From Macrostomum lignano (lineage: Eukaryota), in contig NIVC01004940.1 of the NCBI GenBank assembly GCA_002269645.1, positions 1 to 30,691 of the forward strand: a DNA stretch of 30,691 nucleotides. The letters are read 5' to 3'. Position 1 is the stretch's first letter. Each line of letters opens with the position of its first letter. Of this stretch, positions 21,361 through 30,691 are shown in pieces. A model generated the notes under the pieces. The model did no database searches, had not been told where the DNA came from, and was given only the letters and a program-made list of their open reading frames with translations. Made by a program: the position numbers and the translations under genes.

Positions 21361-21413
21361 TCGACACTCTCGACACTCTCGACACTCTCGACACTCTCGA
21401 CACTCTCGACACT
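21361..21413. repeat. 9-bp tandem repeat
   Basis: (TCGACACTC) about 6 copies. Confidence 0.95.
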
Positions 21414-21799
21414 GTTAGCCGCAAGTGTAAAAAATTAACAACGCAAAAAGTCCAGATGGACAAGTTGTGTCAGGGAAAAAAATCCCTTAAGCGTAAATTG
21501 CAGGTGTCTCAAGCGAGGCAAAGGATGAGAAGAGGAGGGAGGGAAGAAGCGATGGGAGCAGAAGATGATGAGGCAGGAGAGACCAAAGACGGACAGGGAA
21601 TCATGGGGTGGGTGGGTTTTGGTCAGGGATTAAGCCTGATGGGGAAAAGAGGCTGCAAGAGAGGTAATGAGGTGCAGGGAAAGACTAGGATTTGGGTGAG
21701 GGTTCTGAGCTGGGCCAAGAATGTTTCCGTAGAAATAAAAAATGATTTAGAGAGTTAAAAAATAGAAGGAAGAGGGGAGATGAGAGTTTTGAGAGTGGA

Positions 21800-22620
21800 T
21801 AGAGCGGATAGAACTAGGGAGAGAGAGAGGAAAGCTTTAGAGACAGAGAGCGGATAGAATTAGGAAGAGAGTGGATAGAATTAGGGAAATAGAGGATAGG
21901 GAGAGATTGGATGAAATTAGGAAGAGAGGATAGAATTAGGGAGAGATTGGATGAAATTAGGAAGAGAGGATAGAATTAGGGAGAAATTGGATGAAATTAG
22001 GAAGAGCGGATAGAATTGGGGAGAGATTGGATGAAATTAGGAAGAGAGGATAGAATTAGGGAGAGATTGGATGAAATTAGGAAGAGAGGATAGAATTAGG
22101 GAGAGATTGGATGAAATTAGGAAGAGAGGATAGAATTAGGGAGAGATTGGATGAAATTAGGAAGAGAGGATAGAATTAGGGAGAAATTGGATGAAATTAG
22201 GAAGAGCGGATAGAATTGGGGAGAGATTGGATGAAATTAGGAAGAGCGGATAGAATTGGGGAGAGATTGGATGAAATTAGGAAGAGCGGATAGAATTAGG
22301 GAGAGAGCGGGTGAAATTAGGGTGAGAGGATAGAATTGGGGAGAGAGCGGGTGAAATTAGGGTGAGAGGATAGAATTGGGGAGAGAGCGGGTGAAATTAG
22401 GGTGAGAGGATAGAATTGGGGAGAGAGCGGGTGAAATTAGCGTGAGAGGATAGAATTGGGGAGAGAGCGGGTGAAATTAGGGTGAGAGGATAGAATTGGG
22501 GAGAGAGCGGGTGAAATTAGGGTGAGAGGATAGAATTGGGGAGAGAGCGGGTGAAATTAGGGTGAGAGGATAGAATTGGGGAGAGAGCGGGTGAAATTAG
22601 GATGAGAGGATAGAACCAGG
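21800..22620. repeat. 40-bp purine-rich minisatellite (20+20 dimer) with two variant domains
   Basis: GAGAGATTGGATGAAATTAGGAAGAGAGGATAGAATTAGG switches near 22300 to GAGAGAGCGGGTGAAATTAGGGTGAGAGGATAGAATTGGG. Confidence 0.92.
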
Positions 22621-22879
22621 CAGAGAGCGGAAAAGGGCAGGTAAATCAGAGCGGATTTATCCATGGAGAGAGCGGAAAAGGGCAGGTAAAGAGCGGATAA
22701 TATCCAGGGAAAGAGCGGATAGTCAAAGTCAAAGAGATAGAGGGTAGGGAAAAAGCATTCGGGAAGTTAGGAAAATAGCGGATAGTCAGGGAGGGAGCGG
22801 ATGGAGCCAGTAGACAGCGGATACTGGGGGCAGCTGCGGCAACAGTGGTAAAGCAGAGAAGTGAAATGTCAAAGCTCAG

Positions 22880-23407
22880 CGCGACGCGCATATTGACAGG
22901 GCTGGCAGCCTTGACACAGTGGCTGAGCTGAGCTCGCAGCTATTGGGCCTGCTGCTGTGAGCATCAGCGGAGTTGAGGCGGCTGCGGGCGCAGCGGCAGC
23001 GGCGCATTGGCGAGAGAACTCAACTGTGTAAGCGGGCTGAGTGCGCAAGCTTCTCCATTAACTGAGAGCGGCTGGTGGCGGAGGGAGGGGCGGCAGCAGC
23101 GGGCAGACAGTCTCTGCTAGCGCAGCACCCCCGCCCCCACCACCCCCCCAATCTCCAACAACAACAGCGGGCGGCGGCGGCAGGCCAAGCACTCATTCCC
23201 GTGTCTGGCTCAGTAGCTAAACTGCGGCGCTCCTGACCTGCGCATAGCAGGGACCGCTCGGCCTCTTCAGCCCGCAGAGAGCAGCAAGAGCAGCAAAGAA
23301 ATAAAATCTGTGCACTCAGCCCGGCTGCTGCTGCTAGCCAAGAATTCTTATTAGCAAAATCTTGTAGGCGGTGCTTTGCAGTCGGGAAACTTTGATAATT
23401 GACTGCG
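22880..23407 (+). promoter_or_regulatory. GC-rich putative promoter / non-coding first exon of the CCP gene
   Basis: CpG-rich, GC-box-like CCCCGCCCCC, ends at consensus donor G|GTGAGT (23408). The link to the CCP gene is inferred from position and strand. Confidence 0.3.
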
Positions 23408-23589
23408 GTGAGTGACAGGCTTATCTGCCTTTTTTACTAGGTTGGCCCCAGCTCTGCCGGCTGGGTCAACACTGCTGCTATCTTTCATTTTCTGCTTTCG
23501 GCTTTCTGCTTTCTCTGACTTGCCAACTGCTGGAGTAGAAGCTCCTCGCGACTGAGTATTTTGTTCTTGGTCTGCTGCTCCTTGTTCTC

Positions 23590-23900
23590 TGCGCTCCCCT
23601 TCTCCTCGCTCCCATCACACTCTCCACCTCTCACTCTCACTCTCTCTCCCTCTCTCTCCTTTTCACTTTCTCTCATTCTCAACTCTCTCTCTCCTTCTCT
23701 CTCTCGTTCTCTCTCTCACTCTCTCCTCTCCCCCATCCCTCTCTCACTCCCCCTCTCTCCTATCCCTCCGCCTCCCTCTCTCACTCTCCCTCTCCCTCTC
23801 TCACTCTCCCCTCCCTCTCTCACTGTCCCTCTCCTCCCTCTCTCACTCTCCCTCTCCCTCTCCCTCTCACGCTCCCTCTCTCTTTTCCCTCCCATTTCCC
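23590..23900. repeat. (CT)n-rich low-complexity tract
   Basis: Degenerate CT dinucleotide repeat. Confidence 0.9.
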
Positions 23901-24509
23901 CCGAATTATCAATGTTGGACTTCCTTTCCATGCCCTCCGAGTTCAGACGTCCATCTGTTTGTCATCTTTCTCTATTCAGATCACCGTACTTACCTCACTG
24001 ACATGACTTCGTCAGTTGCTGTGAAACCTTATTAACATTATTAAGAGTTTTCACTCCGTCTGTCAAGAAGCTAGCCATCATGCTGTTCGCTAGCCAATAA
24101 CACAAGCGCAGGAGTCCAAGCATAGGAGGCAGAATATTTATTCCCATTGGCATTCTACTCCATTGTGAAAAAAACTGCTAGGAAAGGGAGGAGAAGCCTA
24201 CTAGAAGAGAGGCAGAGCCAGGTGCAAGCAAAAAAGTTATACTACTAGCATTATCAGGGCTTTCATCGGCTGACAGTTCTTTCATCATTGGACTGAAACA
24301 TGCCTTATGGGGGGGGGGGTTGACAAGCTGCTTGACATGTGCCAGCATATTTGGCGTGCAGTTCTATACGGGATGATGGGGAGCTGAGCTGTTCGCATCG
24401 CCGCACTCAATCAATCCCCACCAGAGCGGCTCCGCTGCTGCCACCATGCACCAGTAGACAGCCAGCAGGCATAGCAGAGCTCAAGAGCAAGCAGAAGTCA
24501 GCACCGCTA

Positions 24510-24618
24510 ATGAGCTACCAGAAGCAGCAACAGCGTACCGAACGTCTGCTGCCGAGACTGCAGTCGGAGGAGGTCGAAGTTCTGCGACACGCCAAGCGGC
24601 AGCAGGTGGATATTGAGA
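24510..24618 (+). CDS. Putative first coding exon of the CCP-like gene (MSYQKQQQRTERLLPRLQSEEVEVLRHAKRQQVDIE)
   Basis: GC3-rich frame, acceptor CCCCACCAG at 24424, donor GAGA|GTGAGT (phase 1) compatible with acceptors at 26315, 26324 or 26339. Confidence 0.4.
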
Positions 24619-24672
24619 GTGAGTGATTTTCTCTGCCTGGGCTCGGGTACCTGCACTGGGTAGCCCTATGAT

Positions 24673-25574
24673 CCGGTAACCCATGCCACCCCGGTAACCT
24701 ATGCCACCGGTAACCCATTCCCCGGTAAACCTATGCCACCGGTAACCCATTCCCCGCTAACCCATTCCCCAGTAACCCATTTCCCGGTAACCCATTCCGC
24801 GGTAACCCCATTCTCCGGTAACCCATTTCCCGGTAACCTATGCCACCGATAATCCCATTCCCCGGTAACCCCATTCTCCGGTAACCCATTTCCCGGTAAC
24901 CTATGCCACCGATAATCCCATTCCCCGGCAACCTCATTCCCCGGTAACCCATTCCCCGGTACCCATTCTCCGGTAACCTATTCCTCGGTAACCTCATGCT
25001 CCGGTAACCTCATGCTCCGGTAACCTCATGCTCCGGTAACCTCATGCTCCGGTAACCTCATGCTCCGGTAACCTCATGCTCCGGTAACCTCATGCTCCGG
25101 TAACCTCATGCTCCGGTAACCTCATGCTTCGGTAACCTCATGCTCCGGTAACCTCATGCTCCGGTAACCTCATGCTCCGGTAACCTCATGCTCCGGTAAC
25201 CTCATGCTCCGGTAACCTCATGCTCCGGTAACCTCATGCTCCGGTAACCTCATGCTCCGGTAACCTCATGCTCCGGTAACCTCATGCTCCGGTAACCTCA
25301 TGCTCCGGTAACCTCATGCTCCGGTAACCTCATGCTCCGGTAACCTCATGCTCCGGTAACCTCATGCTCCGGTAACCTCATGCTCCGGTAACCTCATGCT
25401 CCGGTAACCTCATGCTCTGGTAACCTCATGCTCCGGTAACCTCATGCTCCGGTAACCTCATGCTCCGGTAACCTCATGCTCCGGTAACCTCATGCTCCGG
25501 TAACCTCATGCTCCGGTAACCTCATGCTCCGGTAACCTCATGCTCCGGTAACCTCATGCTCCGGTAACCTCATG
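24673..25574. repeat. GGTAACC-core array: variable units, then a homogeneous 16-bp minisatellite
   Basis: Unit CCGGTAACCTCATGCT about 37 times from ~24985, preceded by irregular CCGGTAACCCATTCC units. Confidence 0.95.
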
Positions 25575-25897
25575 TCTGACACTCACACGACGACCCCTTG
25601 TTCGATTCCGTCCTCCGTCACATTAATTTGGAGCTTTGGAGCTGACCTGATGCCTGTGTACTTTTGCCCATGAAGGCCGAACCCCCAAGGCATAGAGTAT
25701 GTACACTGCCTGACAAAGGCAGGCAGCAGGCAGTGTACCCTGTCCTGCGAGTGTGTGGCTGTGTACGTATCCGCGTGTGCGTGCTCAGGGGTCAGCCTCC
25801 TAGCCCAAGTGATAACTGACGTCTTGATTTACGGCAGTACCCAAAGCCCCCTGCAAACTAACTAAGCTCAAGTAACCTCAAGTAGCCTCAAAAACTC

Positions 25898-26343
25898 CTC
25901 ACCCTAGCAACACGTCACCCTAGCAACACGTCACCCTAGCAACACGTCACCCTAGCAACACGTCACCCTAGCAACACGTCACCCTAGCAACACGTCACCC
26001 TAGCAACACTTCACCCTAGCAACACGTAGCCCTAGCAACACGTCGCCCTAGCAACACGTCACCCTAGTAACACGTCACCCTAGCAACACGTCACCCTAGC
26101 AACACGTCACCCTAGCAACAGGTCACCCTAGCAACACGTCACCCTAGCAACACGTCACCCTAGCAACACGTCACCCTAGCAACACGTCACCCTAGCAACA
26201 TGTCACCCTAGCAAAACGTCACCCTAGCAACACGTCACCCTAGCAACACGTCACCCTAGCAACACGTAGCCCTAACAACACATCGCCCTCATAACATGTC
26301 GCCCTAGCAACCAGTCACCCTAGCAACTCTCGCCCTAGCAACC
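25898..26343. repeat. 16-bp minisatellite whose unit contains an RFX X-box consensus
   Basis: Unit GTCACCCTAGCAACAC, 28 units; 22 fit GTNRCC-NN-RGYAAC by manual count. Confidence 0.92.
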
Positions 26344-27140
26344 CCTCGCTCTAGTAACCAAGCCGCTCAAATCCGCAATCCACCAGGCAACGAGGAATGG
26401 CGCGAGCGCCTCCGCCGCGACCTGGAGGCGGACATCAGCCGGCGGGTGCGGGAGGCGCTGGACACGCCGCCTGGCGAACGGCAACGCCGCAACCGGGAGC
26501 TGGCGAGGCTCCGCGCCGCCGCCCAAAAGGAGGAGCAGTTGGCCCAGTTCCGCAAGGCCGCCCACGCTTTGGCGGCCGCTACGGCCGCTGCAGCAGCAGC
26601 CACCGCCGCAGCCACCGACAGGTCCCAACGTCCCGCTGCGACGACCTCCGACGCCGCTGAGCAGGCAGCAACCGAAGCCCCAACGCAGCAGCCGCGCCAG
26701 CATCGCCATCGTCGCCGATTTGGCGACTTCCCCGACGACAACTCCGACTTCGACGAGGACGAAGACAGCGAGGAGTCGGAAGTGAGGCTCGCCACCTGAC
26801 TACCCTGGCCCGGCGCCCGCCGCAGCTGTCGCTGCCAGCCTTCCGCCTCGGCGCCGAGGCGATGCGCCATTTCGGCGACCTGACGCCGGACGAGAAGCTG
26901 CGCTTGTTCGCCAACTTCACCCGCGACGGATTTCGGGAGGCCGTCCGCACCGGCCGCCTGCCGGACGGGTCGCCGCTGATCCTGCAGCCGGACGGACGCT
27001 ATCGGGACCAGTTTGGTGTGGCGCGCGACTCCCGGGCCCCTTCTGGCCGCGCGACTTCGGGCCTTGCCATCCGACGCCCAGCCACCGGCGCCTGGCCTGC
27101 CCGGGCCCGGAGCCGCTGCTGCTGCCGCTGAAGAACCCCG
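26339..27140 (+). CDS. Large internal exon of the CCP-like gene (apparent frameshifts near 26793 and 27035)
   Basis: ORFs 26446..26799 and 26862..27131 fuse if one C is added at GCC|AC. Adding one G at 27034-27036 gives RGPFWPRDFGPCHPTPSHRRLACPGPEP, resembling the WP...H...PEP segment of CCP2/3 N-termini. Donor G|GTGAGG at 27141. Confidence 0.55.
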
Positions 27141-27189
27141 GTGAGGGAGGCAGATGTGTAGGCAATGCGCTTTGTACACTGCCGCTCTT

Positions 27190-27380
27190 GCTGGAGCCCC
27201 CGCTGCTGGAGCCCCCGGTGCTAAAGCCCCCGGTGCTAAAGCCCCCGGTGCTGGAACCCCCGGTGCTAAAGCCCCCGGTGCTGGAACCCCCGGTGCTAAA
27301 GCCCCCGGTGCTAAAGCCCCAGGTGCTAAAGCCTCCGGTGCTAAAGCCCTCGGTGCTAAAGCCCTCGGTGCTAAAGCCTC
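27190..27380. repeat. 15-bp minisatellite
   Basis: Unit CTAAAGCCCCCGGTG and variants, about 12 copies. Confidence 0.93.
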
Positions 27381-27387
27381 TGGTTTT

Positions 27388-27670
27388 CCCTCTTCTCTCT
27401 TCTCTCTTCTCTCTTCTCTCTTCTCTCTTCTCTCTTCTCTCTTCTCTCGTCTCTCTTCTCTCTTCTCTCGTCTCTCGTCTCTCTTCTCTCTTCTCTCTTC
27501 TCTCTTCTCTCTTCTCTCTTCTCTCTTCTCTCTTCTCTCTTCTCTCTTCTCTCTTCTCTCTTCTCTCTTCTCTTCTCTCTTCTCTCTTCTCTCTTCTCTC
27601 TTCTCTCTTCTCTCGTCTCTCGTCTCTCTTCTCTCTTCTCTCTTCTCTCTTCTCTCCTCTCTCTTCTCTT
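27388..27670. repeat. (CTCTTCT)n heptamer/CT-rich tract
   Basis: Direct inspection. Confidence 0.93.
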
Positions 27671-28726
27671 TTCTCCCTCGTCTATTATGTCTTTTCTATT
27701 CTCCACTGTCTCTCCTATTCTCTCCTTTTATCTTCTCTCGCATCTCCTTTTTCCTCATCTCTTTCTCCTCGATTCCCTCCCCTTTCCTCTCTCATCTGGC
27801 CCCACAGCCATGAGCCAAATCATAACTTAAGCATTAACTTTCCTATTTAATACCCTGTTTCTTGCACCAGGTGAATCCAAAAAGCCAGTTATTAAAAAAA
27901 GACTATCAGGTAAAAAATGATTTCTTATTAATTTCTTATTGCTTCATTTACTCATTACTTAAAGAGCACTTTTCAAGCCTACGAAGCACTGCACTACGCT
28001 CCTCTTTCATGTTGTGTCTGACTATGCGTGCGATCGTGTAACTTTGGCTAGCGCTTGTACAAAAGGGCATTGTCTGAGCGGGACGTCACAGGCCCAGCCT
28101 GCCTGCCATGTCTCTGTCTGGTTCATGAATTAGGCATGGCAAAGCATGGAGTGGCTGTTTGACTATTTGACAGGCCTCTGCAAATGCACTGATTTAAACA
28201 ATAGAAGGCTTCAACTTGCTTGATCAGTGAGTGACTTCTCTTGAAACTGTGAGCAAACAATGTCTTTACTCAGGCCAGACTTGCCCCAACCTCTTTTTTT
28301 ATCTGAGGCTGACTCTATTTTATTAGTGCGTATCCAAGGTGAACTTCCGTTGCTACGAGACCTCTTTCCGTATCGTTGTGGAAGACGCTAACGCTATAAA
28401 TGGGTTGAGCTTTGAGATTCTGCCCATAAAAGAGTTCTCAAGTTCTCAGTTCTCGGGCTGTGAGTCAGGGACCGCGTTCACAGCAACAGGTAGCTCGTAT
28501 TTTTGTTGCCATGATGGATAAGAGTCTATACGATAATTAATTCAATTGTTTGGCATCAATGGGATATTATAATCCAGCGATATGAGTGACTCAACCCAAC
28601 CTCATAGTGGGCCTTATCTTTCCACTGGGAGCTTGATGACTCACATTAAAGTGCATTGGGATGATAGGAAGGAAGAGGAATCCCGAAAGAGACAGAGCGA
28701 AGCAAGGAGTAAAAGAGAGATGCATA

Positions 28727-29172
28727 GGGGACACCGGAGACAGAGAGGGGACACCGGAGACAGAGAGGGGACACCAGAGACAGAGAGGGGACACCAGAGA
28801 CAGAGAGGGGACACCAGAGACAGAGAGGGGACACCGGAGACAGAGAGGGGACACCGGAGACAGAGAGGGGACACCGGAGACAGAGAGGGGACACCAGAGA
28901 CAGAGAGGGGACACCAGAGACAGAGAGGGGACACCAGAGACAGAGAGGGACACCAGAGACAGAGAGGGGACACCAGAGACAGAGAGGGGACACCGGAGAC
29001 AGAGAGGGGACACCGGAGACAGAGAAAGGACACCAGAGACAGAGAGGGGACACCAGAGACAGAGAGGGGACACCAGAGACAGAGAGGGGACACCAGAGAC
29101 AGAGAGGGGACACCAGAGACAGAGAGGGGACACCAGAGACAGAGAGGGGACACCAGAGACAGAGAGGGGACA
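28727..29172. repeat. 20-bp minisatellite (one 19-bp unit)
   Basis: Unit GGGGACACC(A/G)GAGACAGAGA, about 22 copies, with no stop codon in any frame. Confidence 0.95.
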
Positions 29173-29852
29173 GAAGAGCCGAAGGGTGGAAAAGAGAGAG
29201 TTGATGATACTGAGGAGAGGCAGATCTGCATGGCGAGTGTCAGAGCTAAAAGCGCACCTTCTGCCTTAGCCAAACATTTTGGCATCTGTGAGATGCATCT
29301 GCATCATGTCCCGACTCGCACTGGCTGGGGGATGAAAGGGGACACCCTGAACTGCAAACAGCAGGGTAGCTTCTCTTCCCGCCCTTGCCTCCCTCTGTTC
29401 TGGCAATGCATTGGTGAAGTTATTTTTGTCAAATATTTGCTGTATTTAATAGCGAGTGTCTGTCTGGGCACACTAGAGTATGTAGTAATGAGCAAAAAAA
29501 ATTAGTTTCAACAAAGCGCTTTGCCTTTGCCATTAGAAACATCAAACGGGAAAGAGTTTCCTAGAATAAACACACCGGAAAGCGCACGCTGCAATAATTT
29601 CTGCCAGAAGCTTTCTTTACAGAGCGTTCCGGTATTCCATCCCACTTCTCTGGGATTCTAGGACGGAATTCGCGCTGTTTCCTGCTTTATTTTCCGCCCA
29701 CATGCTGGCGATAACTTCAGGCTTCTCCTGCTTCTTCTAAAAGCAAGCGGGTCTGCTGAATCCTAGTTTTGTCGCCTTTGTTTTGCTGCCGCGGCTTTTT
29801 GAAAATAGAAAAAATCGGAGGGAGTCTGCATTTAGCTAGAATTCGGCACAAT

Positions 29853-30263
29853 CACCCCGCACTCCAACCCTTCCCCAGCACCTACACCCCGCACTCCAAC
29901 CCTTCCCCAGCACCTACACCCCGCACTCCAACCCTTCCCCAGCACCCACACCCCGCACGCCAACCCTTCCCCAGCACCCACACCCCGCACTCCAACCCTT
30001 CCCCAGCACCCACACCCCGCACTCCAACCCTTCCCCAGCACCTACACCCCGCACTCCAACCCTTCCCCAGCACCCACACCCCGCACTCCAACCCTTCCCC
30101 AGCACCTACACCCCGCACTCCAACCCTTCCCCAGCACCCACTACCCGCACGCCAACCCTTCCCCAGCACCCACACCCCGCACGCCAACCCTTCCCCAGCA
30201 CCCACACCCGCACGCCAACCCTTCCCCAGCACCCACACCCCGCACTCCAACCCCTCCCCAGCA
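29853..30263. repeat. 32-bp C-rich minisatellite
   Basis: Unit CACCCCGCACTCCAACCCTTCCCCAGCACC(C/T)A, about 13 copies, ending ~35 nt before a splice acceptor. Confidence 0.95.
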
Positions 30264-30296
30264 TCTCAGCAGCGCCTTCCGCCTCTCCACTTACAG

Positions 30297-30483
30297 GCAG
30301 CAGCCGACGGTGACTTTCGACACGCAGCGCACCCAGTTCAGCGGCAGATGGCGCGCACCCAGATCGTATCGATAGCGAGCCAGCCCCAGGCACTACAGCC
30401 CGCCGACCGTGCCGGAGGACACCTGTCCGTCACTGGTGTTCGAGTCCGGTTCGAGTCCGGAATCTTAGACAGGCTCGGCGCGT
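30297..30483 (+). CDS. Cytosolic carboxypeptidase (CCP/Nna1/AGBL, most like CCP2/3) exon carrying the FESGNL motif, broken by single-base deletions; gene continues beyond the window
   Basis: Acceptor CTCCACTTACAG|G and donor GT|GTGAGT. SLVFES, RFESG and LRQARRV lie in successive frames and join to SLVFESRFESGNLRQARRV if one C and one A are added in runs (AGBL2-type LxFESRFESGNLQKAVRV, recalled). Confidence 0.8.
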
Positions 30484-30691
30484 GTGAGTGTCCCCATTAT
30501 GTTCGCAGTAGAACCACTGAAAGAGCTTCCCCTTCTCCCGATGTGAGCCAGGCTGATTAAGAATAAAAACTTGAGCTTTGGAAACTCAGAAAGTCTGAGC
30601 CAGGCGCTGCAGGGAAACCCCGTTCGGTGGCCTGATTTATGCTATCCGGATGTGGCTAACCGGATTTTTGCTAACCGGATGTTGCTAACCG

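Noticed and set aside
30438-30459. Tandem GTTCGAGTCCG resembling a duplicated Pol III B-box
   Set aside because: Explained by the coding repeat F-E-S-R-F-E-S of the carboxypeptidase motif.

Overview
Eukaryotic (metazoan) genomic DNA, not prokaryotic. It has GT-AG introns, GC3-rich exons, tRNA-derived SINEs, and about 18 minisatellite/microsatellite arrays covering roughly 8-8.5 kb. The style resembles the flatworm Macrostomum, but that is inference only. Supported content: (1) a Crypton/DUF3504-type tyrosine recombinase with all catalytic residues (8999-9964), inside nested direct and inverted repeats built on CCATAGAC and lying between two divergent genes; (2) a 3-exon, ~1155-aa channel gene (10992-15026) joining five ankyrin repeats to a TRPM-like body; (3) a 3' fragment of an I-group LINE (17201-17645, minus) whose (CCATA)n tail runs into a satellite forming an inverted pair with a related array, both carrying CCATAGAC in their units; (4) the 5' exons of a cytosolic carboxypeptidase (CCP/AGBL, tubulin deglutamylase) gene, masked by single-base deletions in homopolymer runs, with an intronic array of ~22 RFX X-box consensus matches; (5) two CORE-like SINE copies; (6) two orphan GC3-rich ORFs. 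All counts and alignments were done by eye; no database search was run.
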